This document shows positions 55,168 to 64,000 of a stretch of 64,000 nucleotides of DNA, in pieces. Made by a program: the position numbers and the translations under genes. Position 1 is the first letter of the stretch; the number at the start of each line of letters is the position of its first letter. This DNA comes from Candidatus Sumerlaeaceae bacterium (lineage in GTDB: Bacteria > Sumerlaeota > Sumerlaeia > Sumerlaeales > Sumerlaeaceae). The notes under the pieces are model-generated. The model worked only from the letters and a program-made list of their open reading frames with translations, had not been told where the DNA came from and ran no database searches. The DNA lies in NCBI GenBank assembly GCA_049968255.1, contig JBMFRB010000002.1, positions 256,001 to 320,000 on the forward strand. The letters are read 5' to 3'.

Positions 55168-56330
55168 GCCAAGCTCGTCCTTTCGATTCTATCGCAAGCC
55201 TCTTCGATGCGTTGCTCAGAGGCCGTCAATGCAATGCGAATAAATCCTTCCCCACGCTCGCCAAATGCTGTTCCCGGGGTAACCATCACAGCGCACTTTT
55301 GGAGGAGCTCCATAGTCATCTCCGTTGATGTTTTCCCGTTGAGTGTTGGAAGCCAGACATAGAACGTACCACGAGGGCGGGTGAAATTAGGCCACTTCAA
55401 GCGCTCCAGTCGATTCAGCAAGATCTGGCAGCGGCGCTCGTACACGTCCAGCAGGGGCGGAACAAGTTCGTCGAAATGTTCCATCGCTACAATAGCTGCG
55501 TCTTGGACAGCACCGAAAACACCGGAGTCGACATTAGCTTTGACTTCCGCCAAAGCGCCAACGACAGCGCGATTACCGGCAGCAAACCCGATTCGCCATC
55601 CCGTCATATGGAAGGTTTTGGAGAAAGAGTGGAACTCAAGACCTACGTCTTTCGCGCCAGGAACTTCAAGGAAGCTATGGGCGCGCTCTCCGCGAAACAC
55701 CATGTCAATGTAGGCTGCGTCATGCGCCACCACAAACTTGTATTTTTTTGCAAACCAGACTACCTTTTCAAAAAACTCCAGGGGGGCAAAAGTTGCCGTA
55801 GGATTGTTAGGATAGTTTAGCCAGAGAAGTCGTGTACGTGCCAAGGTATCGGATGATACAGCGTCAAGGTCGGGGAGGAAATTGTTATCAGGCAATAGAG
55901 GTAACGCGTATGGCTCACCACCGGCAAAAAGTGCGGAAACACGGTAAACCGGGTATCCTGGTTCGGGATAGAGCACAACTTTACCGGGATCAACGACAGC
56001 TAAGGGAAGGTGTCCAATACCTTCCTTGGAGCCGATGAGCGCAACGATTTCGCTGGTGGGATCGAGCTTCACCCCATGCTTGGTTTCATAGTAGCGCGCG
56101 ATTTGTTGTCGTAGGGCCAATTTCCCCGTGCCGAGCGGATAGCAGTGATTCTCTGGTTTTTCAGCAGCGTGTGCGAGGGCCTCTACGATGAGCGATGGGG
56201 TCGGCAGATCTGGATCTCCGATGCTGAGGCTGATGACATCTTCGCCTCGCTCGATCGCTTCTTTTTTCATGCGATCAAGTTCGACAAAGATATACGGTGG
56301 AATTTGGCGCAAGCGTTGAGCAATCTCCAT
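55164..56330 (-). CDS. LL-diaminopimelate aminotransferase-like class I/II PLP aminotransferase
   Basis: IGDPD, GSKEGIGH, NYPNNPT, HDAAY, SFSKTFHMTGWRIG. Confidence 0.85.
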   Translation of the reverse strand: MEIAQRLRQIPPYIFVELDRMKKEAIERGEDVISLSIGDPDLPTPSLIVEALAHAAEKPENHCYPLGTGKLALRQQIARYYETKHGVKLDPTSEIVALIGSKEGIGHLPLAVVDPGKVVLYPEPGYPVYRVSALFAGGEPYALPLLPDNNFLPDLDAVSSDTLARTRLLWLNYPNNPTATFAPLEFFEKVVWFAKKYKFVVAHDAAYIDMVFRGERAHSFLEVPGAKDVGLEFHSFSKTFHMTGWRIGFAAGNRAVVGALAEVKANVDSGVFGAVQDAAIVAMEHFDELVPPLLDVYERRCQILLNRLERLKWPNFTRPRGTFYVWLPTLNGKTSTEMTMELLQKCAVMVTPGTAFGERGEGFIRIALTASEQRIEEACDRIERTSLA

Positions 56331-56395
56331 CGTTGACTATCTCCTTTCTTGCTGTTAGCGCGGTAACTGAGAGGCTAATAGTCTTGCATTATTGC

Positions 56396-57484
56396 CTAGG
56401 GAAGGGGATTCGTTTCGCCAAAGAGTGCGTCAGAGGCGTTTTCCTCGTCGCGAGTCTCGATTCTTTTTCCTCGAAGCCCTACACTGTAGCCCATCGCGCG
56501 AAGAAGCTCGGTCACCTCGAGATTGTCGTAAGAGCCTGAAAACATCACGCGTTCGAATATGGGGCTATACTCCCATTTCGACGGATGTGAAGCGTTGGGT
56601 TTGGGTTCAAGAAGAGTCGAGAGCTGGGCGTCAAGCTGGTCTGCATGATGCACGATGACAGCCTCGAGGGTGTGTGGCTGTTTGGGTGAGCCAAACTCGA
56701 GGTAGCCATGATGGCTGAGCACGATGTGTTGGATGAGTACTTTTTTGTGAGCAGGTGGAGAACCAAGGCGAGTCGCTTCGTATTCTATGAGCGCAAAACC
56801 CATCGGTATGTGGCCGATCAGTCGTCCCATGTCGGTGTAGGCGATTTTTTTCTCGAAGGAAAATTCGATGGTTTTTCCGATGTCATGAAGCAACGCGCCG
56901 GCAAGTAAGATGTCAGTGTTTGCTGCGGGATAGTTCTCCGCAATTTTCAGGGCGTTTTTGGTTACCATGACAGTGTGTTCTAGCAAGCCGCCGAGATAGG
57001 CTTGATGCATGGTCACTGCGCTCGGAGCTCGCCTGAATCGCTTCCAGAAGCGGGGTTTACTAAAAATCGCCTGCACGAGGTTGAGAATGTCAGGATCACG
57101 AATTTTCTCAACGAGTGCCCAGAATTCTTTTTCGAGCTCCTCTACCGGATAGGGGGTAACCGGAAGAAAGTCCTCGGGATTGACGCATTCATCGGGCACC
57201 TTTTCTGCCTTCGACACGTGAACCTGGAGCTGGTTTTGGTGGGAGCGCACATCGCCAGTCACCTTGATGTAATCATTTTGGCTGATTGCACCGTTCTTGA
57301 ATGCGCTGAAGTTGTCCCACATTACGCCGGTGATTTTACCAGAAGCATCGCGAAGCACCATCGTAAGGAACGTCCCGCCGTCTTTGCGCGGGCGGATTTG
57401 AAAATCCTCGAGAAGGTACACGCCCTCGACTCTGTCGCCGTTGCGAAGCTGAGAAACTTCGATGCGCGGTAGTCCTGCGGTCAT
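56396..57484 (-). CDS. YhaM/Cbf1-family 3'-5' exoribonuclease (OB + HD); likely ATG 57484
   Basis: OB fold L.D.SG.I, HQAYLGGLLEHT, LLHDIGK, SHHG..EFGSP. Confidence 0.9.
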   Translation of the reverse strand: MTAGLPRIEVSQLRNGDRVEGVYLLEDFQIRPRKDGGTFLTMVLRDASGKITGVMWDNFSAFKNGAISQNDYIKVTGDVRSHQNQLQVHVSKAEKVPDECVNPEDFLPVTPYPVEELEKEFWALVEKIRDPDILNLVQAIFSKPRFWKRFRRAPSAVTMHQAYLGGLLEHTVMVTKNALKIAENYPAANTDILLAGALLHDIGKTIEFSFEKKIAYTDMGRLIGHIPMGFALIEYEATRLGSPPAHKKVLIQHIVLSHHGYLEFGSPKQPHTLEAVIVHHADQLDAQLSTLLEPKPNASHPSKWEYSPIFERVMFSGSYDNLEVTELLRAMGYSVGLRGKRIETRDEENASDALFGETNPLP

Positions 57485-57634
57485 TCTTTGCTGTCTTCCA
57501 TTCTGTTTTCCCCTATGTGTATCGGCCTTGGGAGTTAATGCAACTTTCAAGAGACAGGCGGTCGGCCTCACGTGAATTTAGCCCGCAAAAGCCAAATACT
57601 TTGAGATAAGCACAGAGTGTGGAGACCACCAACA

Positions 57635-59014
57635 ATGCCTTTTCTTCGTAGCTATCACATCGTGACGTATGGCTGTCAGATGAACGACAACGACTCGGAA
57701 ATCATGTCTGGCATACTCGAGGCCAAGGGACTCGTGTACGAGCCAGCTGCGGAAAAAGCTGATGTCGTTGTCGTTAATACGTGTGTGGTCCGCGAAGGGG
57801 CAGAAGAGCGCGCCTTGGGCCGCGTGGCTAACCTTGCCGCGGCGAAAAAACAGGGCACCTGCAAGATCATCGCGGTCAGTGGCTGCATGGCCCAAAAAGA
57901 GGGGCACCAGCTATTGGACGCACTGCCGTTTGTGGACCTCGTGGTCGGCACCCGTGACCTTTTCAAGCTTGGCTTGCTTATCGAACAAGTCTTCACAAGT
58001 GGCGAGCGCTTGGTTGCGGTCGAGGATATCGACAAGCCGGTTTTCGCTAGCGTTCAGCCGGTTCGGCGATTTTCTCAGGTGCGCGGCCTTGTCACGGTCA
58101 TGTATGGATGCAACAACTTCTGCACGTTTTGCATCGTTCCGCACACGCGCGGACGCGAAGTGAGCCGGCCGGTCGGCGAGGTAGTCGAAGAAGTGCAACG
58201 ATTGGCGGAGGAAGGCTACGCGGAAGTTATTCTTCTCGGCCAAAACGTGAACAGCTATTATGATAAGCAAAAGCGTGCAGATTTTGCCGACTTATTGGCT
58301 GCGGTGAACGACGTGAACGGCATTCGGCGGATTCGCTTTGTCACCTCACACCCAAAAGATTGCTCACCCCGACTTATTGAAGCGATGGCGACACTAGACA
58401 AGGTGTGTGAATCCATTCATTTACCTGTGCAGGCGGGTTCGAACCGTGTGCTCCGGCGGATGAAACGCTTTTACACTAAGGAAGAGTACCTCAATTTGCT
58501 GGAAGCTCTGAGAGCCCGGGTTCCATGTGTAGCCATCACAACAGACATCATTGTTGGTTTCCCCGACGAAACGGAGCAAGATTTTGAGGAAACTTACGAC
58601 CTGATGCAGCGTGCGCAATGGGATAGCGCGTTCATGTTCATGTACTCCCCGCGTCCCGGCACGAAGGCCGCTGAGTGGGCAGACTCTGTGGCCCAAGAAG
58701 AGAAAAAGCGCCGACTGCAACGTTGTATAGCGCTTCAGGAGAAGATTAGCACCGAGATTAATGCCCAGCTTTTGGGGACAGTCCAGAAAGTGTTAGTTGA
58801 GTCAGTTTCCAAGAAATCGGATCAGCAGCTTATGGGGCGGACGCGAACTGACAAGGCAGTGGTCTTTAATGGTTCACCCGCTCTCATAGGCCAGGAAGTT
58901 CATGTCCGGATTACGGAGACCTTCGCGCACACCTTGCGAGGCATTTTGTTGACGTCGGAAATGTCACCAGTTGCCTCTGAGTTTGCCCTGTGCGGAGAAA
59001 AATTGACACAATGA
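57635..59014 (+). CDS. miaB: tRNA-2-methylthio-N6-dimethylallyladenosine synthase
   Basis: TYGCQMN, NTC, GCMAQ, GCNNFCTFCIVP, C-terminal TRAM domain. Confidence 0.95.
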   Translation: MPFLRSYHIVTYGCQMNDNDSEIMSGILEAKGLVYEPAAEKADVVVVNTCVVREGAEERALGRVANLAAAKKQGTCKIIAVSGCMAQKEGHQLLDALPFVDLVVGTRDLFKLGLLIEQVFTSGERLVAVEDIDKPVFASVQPVRRFSQVRGLVTVMYGCNNFCTFCIVPHTRGREVSRPVGEVVEEVQRLAEEGYAEVILLGQNVNSYYDKQKRADFADLLAAVNDVNGIRRIRFVTSHPKDCSPRLIEAMATLDKVCESIHLPVQAGSNRVLRRMKRFYTKEEYLNLLEALRARVPCVAITTDIIVGFPDETEQDFEETYDLMQRAQWDSAFMFMYSPRPGTKAAEWADSVAQEEKKRRLQRCIALQEKISTEINAQLLGTVQKVLVESVSKKSDQQLMGRTRTDKAVVFNGSPALIGQEVHVRITETFAHTLRGILLTSEMSPVASEFALCGEKLTQ

Positions 59015-59054
59015 GGACAAGCCACGCAATCCACGGGATGAGAAAGGCGTCCAC

Positions 59055-59540
59055 ATGAGAGAGCTGACATCGGTCCGCGAGTACTTCGGTACGGTATGGA
59101 ACGCGGTAAAAACCACCCTCGTGGGAATGGGTGTAACTGGCCGTTATTTTGTTAGCAAGCCGGTGACATTGCAATATCCTGACGAAAAACCAGAAATTCC
59201 ACCGGGCTACCGGGGGATCCACGTCTATGAGGTGGACCGATGCATTGCCTGTGATCAGTGCGCCATCGCTTGTCCCGTAGATTGTATCACCATAGAGAGT
59301 ATCGGCAAAGGCAAGAATGCGGTCCTGACGCGCTACGAGATTGATTATAATCGCTGCATGTTCTGCGGTCTGTGCATTGACCCGTGCCCAACGGATTGCC
59401 TTCACATGGGATTGAGCTACGATCTGACGCGTTTCCGCAGCGAGGAATGCTCCATAGATTTCGTTGAACTCTCAAAGAAGGGACTGCAGTCGCCCACAGG
59501 AGAGCGGGTGGTGTGGCTAGCAGAGCCAACACGCAAATAA
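59055..59540 (+). CDS. nuoI: NADH-quinone oxidoreductase subunit I
   Basis: VTLQYP, YRG.H, two CxxCxxCxxxCP motifs. Confidence 0.85.
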   Translation: MRELTSVREYFGTVWNAVKTTLVGMGVTGRYFVSKPVTLQYPDEKPEIPPGYRGIHVYEVDRCIACDQCAIACPVDCITIESIGKGKNAVLTRYEIDYNRCMFCGLCIDPCPTDCLHMGLSYDLTRFRSEECSIDFVELSKKGLQSPTGERVVWLAEPTRK

Positions 59541-59639
59541 AAATTCGAAGGCACCGATTTGCGTGATCGCACAGGGGAATGGGGTATGCGCAACTTCATG
59601 TTTGCGTTGAGAGTCTGTCTGCTGGCACGCTGAACTTAT

Positions 59640-61073
59640 ATGTCCAATGTTTTAGTTCTTGGTGTCGGTCCTTTACCCATAGACCCAACGGAGCGCCTGC
59701 ATGCTCCGGGCATCCGCGTCTGGCATCTGGCAAATGTTATCTATCGTCAGGGGCACAGCGTGGTCTTGGGAATCATTGAATTCGGGGATTTTCGGGACAA
59801 CCCTGAGGCAGCCAGCCGCCCCCGACAGGAGTCTGTGGGTGATCGCTTCAGCGTGTGCCGATTCCATTATCATTCTCAACGCACGCCAACGGCCATTGCC
59901 ACGCTTCACGAGCGTTGCAAGTTTCACTGCATCGTCTCAACTACCGACATCATGAATGACGCGGCGGCCCGAGTGCCGGTGCGTTTGCCGTTGTGGCTCG
60001 ATTATCTTGGCGACCCGTTGTGCGAGCGTCAGCTTCAGGCCGCAACTTTCGACAATGATGCATCGCTGCTCGATCTCTGGCGCGTGATGCTCGAAGCGCT
60101 TTTGCACGGCGACCATTTCAGCGTGGCTAGCACGCCCCAAAAATACACGCTCATTGGTCAGCTTGGCCTTGCAGGGCGGCTCAATCAGTTTACTGCTGCA
60201 CATGATCTTGTGTCTGTCATCCCCAATAGTGCTCGGGGAATCCTTGGGCAATCAGGCGCACAGCGACGGTTGATTAAAGGGTTCCTCATTCCAGCGGAAT
60301 CTTTTTTGTTGCTCTGGGCAGGGGGATATAACACCTGGACGGATCCCGAGACACTTTTTCATGGCCTGGAGCTCGCTATGCGCCGCGATGCTGACATTTA
60401 CTTTGTTTCGGTAGGCGGCGAGATACCCGGGCACGATAATGTGACATTTAAGCGTTTTCGTGAGATGTGCGAGGCGAGCGATTTGCGTTCGCATTTCGTC
60501 TTCATTGGTTGGGTCCCCCCCAGTGAGATGCCCAATTATTACATGCAGGCTGATGCGGCGATAAATATAGATCTTCCATGCTATGAGGCCGAAATTGGGA
60601 CACGTACGCGACTAGTGGACTGGATCGATTACGAGATTCCGGTGGTGACGACAGCGTTGTGCGAACCTGCCAAAATTCTGGCTGAGCGCAAACTTGTCGA
60701 ATCTTTTGAACCCGCTAGTCCCAAAAGCTTGGCTGATGCACTGGTACGGCTGAAAGAACACCACGAAGAAGCGAAAGTTCGAGCCCAAAAAGCGCGTACG
60801 TTCTTAGACGAACTTTTTGACGAAAAAAGAGACTTCGCCCCCTTGCTCGAATGGGTCGCAAACCCGACCTTAGCTCCTGATCGCCGTGTATCGGATCCTG
60901 GCGTGGCATCTCGTTCGTTGGATGTGCTTTTCCCCGATTGCGAAGTGGCTTACAAAAACGCCGAGCTACTGAGGCGCTTTTGTGGCGTTGCTGGTCGAAA
61001 AGGGGGGCCTTCCGCGACGACGTCATTTTGGCAGCGCGTGAAGAGGAGATTTTGGGGACGTCACAACAACTAA
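59640..61073 (+). CDS. GT-B fold glycosyltransferase (GT4-like)
   Basis: APGIR.W, WAGG...WTDP.T, GWVP, RTR..D....PV. Confidence 0.7.
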   Translation: MSNVLVLGVGPLPIDPTERLHAPGIRVWHLANVIYRQGHSVVLGIIEFGDFRDNPEAASRPRQESVGDRFSVCRFHYHSQRTPTAIATLHERCKFHCIVSTTDIMNDAAARVPVRLPLWLDYLGDPLCERQLQAATFDNDASLLDLWRVMLEALLHGDHFSVASTPQKYTLIGQLGLAGRLNQFTAAHDLVSVIPNSARGILGQSGAQRRLIKGFLIPAESFLLLWAGGYNTWTDPETLFHGLELAMRRDADIYFVSVGGEIPGHDNVTFKRFREMCEASDLRSHFVFIGWVPPSEMPNYYMQADAAINIDLPCYEAEIGTRTRLVDWIDYEIPVVTTALCEPAKILAERKLVESFEPASPKSLADALVRLKEHHEEAKVRAQKARTFLDELFDEKRDFAPLLEWVANPTLAPDRRVSDPGVASRSLDVLFPDCEVAYKNAELLRRFCGVAGRKGGPSATTSFWQRVKRRFWGRHNN

Positions 61074-61202
61074 GCAAAGACCTGGCACGAAAAGGGGCGA
61101 TTTGCCCACGCGCATGAAAAGCGCTCTCTCCACTATGTAGTCAGAGAAGGAAACAGATCGCATGTGTTCTGTTTCGATTCCTCTCTGAGACGGAAGGCTT
61201 TG

Positions 61203-62309
61203 ATGAGCACAATCGCATTAGAAACTCTATGGGCGGCGCTGCGCACCGTCATTGAGCCAGAGCTTGGCCGAGATATCGTGTCGCTGAATATGGTGAGAGA
61301 TTTGCAAGTTTGCGACGATGGCAAGGTCAGTGTGACAATAGTCCTGACGACGCCTGCCTGTCCTCTGAAAGCGGAGATTCAGGGCTCTGTGACGCGGGCC
61401 CTTATGCAGATTCCCGGTGTGCGACAGGTTGACGTGCAAATGACTGCAAACGTAACAAGCACGTGGACGTCTCAGGACCTCACGCCAGGAGTGCGCAACA
61501 TTATTGGGATCGCTTCGGCCAAGGGCGGAGTGGGGAAATCTACGGTAGCAGCCAACCTAGCCGTGGCACTTGCGAAGCTCGGGGCTAAAGTCGGTCTCCT
61601 AGACGCCGACATCTATGGTCCAAACATCCCCTTGATGTTTGGACTTCGCCAAGCTCAACCAGAAATTCGGACATATCCTCAATCCAATGGCGAGGAAATT
61701 GATAAACTGGTCCCCGTGGAGAATTACGGTGTTCGTGTCATGTCCATGGGCTTTCTCATTGATGAAGACCAACCCGTGATATGGCGCGGGCCTATGCTCA
61801 ATAGTGCGCTTCGCCAATTCTTGGGCCAGGTAGATTGGGGCGAATTGGATTACTTGATCGTCGATCTGCCGCCGGGGACGGGGGATGTGCAGATATCGCT
61901 GATCCAGCTCACGAAAATAACGGGAATCGTCCACGTGACGACTCCGCAAGAAGTGGCTCTGCAAGACGTGCGTAAGGGCATCACGATGTTTCGTTCCCAA
62001 AACATTGCGCTTTTGGGGATTATCGAAAATATGAGCTATTTTGTTTGTCCGAAGTGCGGTGAAGAGACGGCTATCTTTTCGCGGGGCGGTGGGCGCGAAG
62101 TTGCTGCCACCTACGGGATTCCTTTCCTTGGAGAGATTCCTCTCGTACCGCAGATCCGTGAAGCGGGAGACTCCGGTATGCCCATCGTCGCAGCTGCCCC
62201 GGAGAGCCAAATCGCCCAAAAGTACGTGGAGATCGCTACTCAGTTAGCAAGCCAGGTAAGTATGGCAAATTTCGCGCGGCAGAGCGAACTCATCCAGGCA
62301 AGGGAGTAG
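61203..62309 (+). CDS. mrp: Mrp/ApbC Fe-S cluster carrier ATPase
   Basis: N-terminal TTPACP, KGGVGKST, WRGPM, DLPPGTGD, ENMS.F.CP.C. Confidence 0.93.
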   Translation: MSTIALETLWAALRTVIEPELGRDIVSLNMVRDLQVCDDGKVSVTIVLTTPACPLKAEIQGSVTRALMQIPGVRQVDVQMTANVTSTWTSQDLTPGVRNIIGIASAKGGVGKSTVAANLAVALAKLGAKVGLLDADIYGPNIPLMFGLRQAQPEIRTYPQSNGEEIDKLVPVENYGVRVMSMGFLIDEDQPVIWRGPMLNSALRQFLGQVDWGELDYLIVDLPPGTGDVQISLIQLTKITGIVHVTTPQEVALQDVRKGITMFRSQNIALLGIIENMSYFVCPKCGEETAIFSRGGGREVAATYGIPFLGEIPLVPQIREAGDSGMPIVAAAPESQIAQKYVEIATQLASQVSMANFARQSELIQARE

Positions 62310-62311
62310 CG

Positions 62312-63433
62312 ATGAGTAGCAAAGGTGTGCGCAAGGAATCAATGAGTGTCCTCAGCGTATCGCAGCTTCCCCCGACGCAGCGAGACGGCAAATATGTTTT
62401 ACTGGGGGCCGATTTGCGAGAACTGCGTAATCTTGTCGAGCAGGCTGGCATGCCAGCTTTTCGTGCCAAACAACTCTTTCACTGGATGTATCACCGAGCT
62501 GCGCTTGCGTTCGAAGAGATGCACAACATCTCGCGCGGTTTCCAGCAATGGCTGGAAGAGCACTGTACTCTTGGTTATATTGATATCGCTGATGTCCGCG
62601 AGTCCCAGGACGGTTCAAAGAAAATCATTTTTCGCCTCGCCGATGGAAAGTTTGTCGAAAGCGTTTTGATCAAAGAAGACGATTGGTTCACGCTCTGCAT
62701 CTCTTCTCAGGTTGGTTGCGCAGTCGGTTGCACATTCTGCATGACGGGCTTTGGTGGTTTTCAGCGCAACATGACGCGAGCGGAGATTCTTGCTCAAGTT
62801 CTCCTCGTTAAGCGTGCAATCCACGGGGAACTACCTCGTAATGTTGTTCTCATGGGGATGGGAGAACCGCTTCTCAATCTCGAGGAAGTCATTCCCGCCC
62901 TGAAAGTCATGGTTGATCCCGAGGGCATTGCTATCGCGGCAAGGCGAGTGACCGTTTCGACAAGTGGAATCATCCCGGCGATGAAGAAGTTGGGGGAAGC
63001 GGATCTTGGCGTGAGTTTGGCGGTTTCTCTCAATGCGACAACCGATTCCGTGCGCGATGTTCTCATGCCGATCAATAAAACCTATCCAATCCAGGCTCTG
63101 CTTGACGCGTGTCGCGAGTATCCATTGCGTCCGCGCCGGCGCATCACATTCGAATACGTGCTTCTCAAGGACATCAATGATTCGCTTGAAGATGCTCGTC
63201 GACTGGCGCGGTTACTTCAGGGAATCCCGTGCAAAGTGAACCTTATCCCTTTCAACTCAGATCCTCATCTTCCTTTTGAACGACCACCCGAGGAGCGTGT
63301 GTTGGCCTTTCAGGACTATCTGTATCGAAAAAATTACACCGCCATCATTCGCTACTCAAAAGGGCTCGATGTAAACGGTGCGTGCGGGCAACTTGCTGCA
63401 CATTGGCGAGCACTTGCTCAGCAGGAGAGATGA
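62312..63433 (+). CDS. rlmN: 23S rRNA m2A2503 / tRNA methyltransferase
   Basis: CISSQVGCAVGCTFC, MGMGEP, FEY, NLIP.N, ACGQL. Confidence 0.95.
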   Translation: MSSKGVRKESMSVLSVSQLPPTQRDGKYVLLGADLRELRNLVEQAGMPAFRAKQLFHWMYHRAALAFEEMHNISRGFQQWLEEHCTLGYIDIADVRESQDGSKKIIFRLADGKFVESVLIKEDDWFTLCISSQVGCAVGCTFCMTGFGGFQRNMTRAEILAQVLLVKRAIHGELPRNVVLMGMGEPLLNLEEVIPALKVMVDPEGIAIAARRVTVSTSGIIPAMKKLGEADLGVSLAVSLNATTDSVRDVLMPINKTYPIQALLDACREYPLRPRRRITFEYVLLKDINDSLEDARRLARLLQGIPCKVNLIPFNSDPHLPFERPPEERVLAFQDYLYRKNYTAIIRYSKGLDVNGACGQLAAHWRALAQQER

Positions 63434-63437
63434 GGCA

Positions 63438-64000
63438 ATGGTTGAGTCCGTCCCCGTGATCTCTTGGCGTTTCCGTGAGTACGTACTAACTCCATCTTTT
63501 ATGCACCTTCCGTGGCTTGCGGTAGGAACGAGCACACGTCAGCTCGTGCCTCCAATGTCTCGTAGTTCCGATGCAGCATTGGCAATGCGAACCGCGCTGC
63601 AGCTCGAAAAGCTTCCAGTTGTTTTTTGCAGGCAGCAGCACACCGATCGCATACATGTCATTCGCGACGCCGGGGAATTGCGATTTGAGAATCCTAGTCA
63701 GCACGTCGTCATTGACTCTTGCGATGGGTTGATTACTTGTGTTGCTGGGCTCGCTTTGGCAATCTTCACCGCAGACTGTGTGCCAATTGTTTTTATCGAG
63801 GCCGCTCGTCGAATCGTGGGAGTTGTGCATGCTGGCTGGCGTGGCACCTATGCGCAGATAGCTTTGCGTGCGTTGGAAAAAATTACACAACTGGACGGAC
63901 AATTGGCTAACGTTTGGGTGTGGCTTGGCCCTGCGATCGGTGGATGCTGTTACGAAATCGGCGAAGAGCTGGCAAATGACTTTGCAAAGAGGTTCCAACA
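63438..64000 (+). CDS. pgeF: PgeF/YfiH family protein (runs off the right edge; missing from the ORF track)
   Basis: Manual translation from ATG 63438 gives QQH, DGLIT, TADCVPI, HAGWRG, LGPAI..CCYEIG. Confidence 0.88.
   Translation, partial: MVESVPVISWRFREYVLTPSFMHLPWLAVGTSTRQLVPPMSRSSDAALAMRTALQLEKLPVVFCRQQHTDRIHVIRDAGELRFENPSQHVVIDSCDGLITCVAGLALAIFTADCVPIVFIEAARRIVGVVHAGWRGTYAQIALRALEKITQLDGQLANVWVWLGPAIGGCCYEIGEELANDFAKRFQ

Overview
Gene-dense bacterial chromosome segment from a diderm organism (LpxI, GT9), with an L10 leader, 6S RNA, YlxM, HprK and SpoIID of the kind familiar from Firmicutes. A deep-branching lineage such as Sumerlaeota/BRC1 is my unverified guess. The window is mostly housekeeping: rplJ (partial), 6S RNA, dnaX-ybaB, mutY, hprK, trpE/trpG/hisI, tRNA-Cys, ptsI, rpiB-glyA, rpoN, a Xer recombinase, gmk, panB, cca, pilT, dapL-like, miaB, nuoI, mrp, rlmN and pgeF (partial), plus many envelope glycosylation genes. 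I saw no transposase, prophage or CRISPR array. The most interesting signals are non-coding or dispersed. (1) An ~0.9 kb gap between convergent genes (38.7-39.6 kb) has inward-facing DnaA-box-like 9-mers, an AT-rich core, a local GC-skew flip and a 28-bp 11-6-11 dif-like palindrome ~1.9 kb from the Xer gene. (2) A second DnaA-box cluster lies at 47.4-47.6 kb. (3) A minor-pilin cluster carries a sigma-54 promoter and an NtrC-type enhancer palindrome. (4) Orphan microcompartment shell genes are present, together with an RpiB that has an encapsulation-peptide-like tail. (5) Tandem GT-C-like paralogs co-occur with a DPPR-synthase-like UbiA. (6) A DraG homolog has lost its catalytic aspartates. All family calls come from motif recognition by eye; no searches were run.
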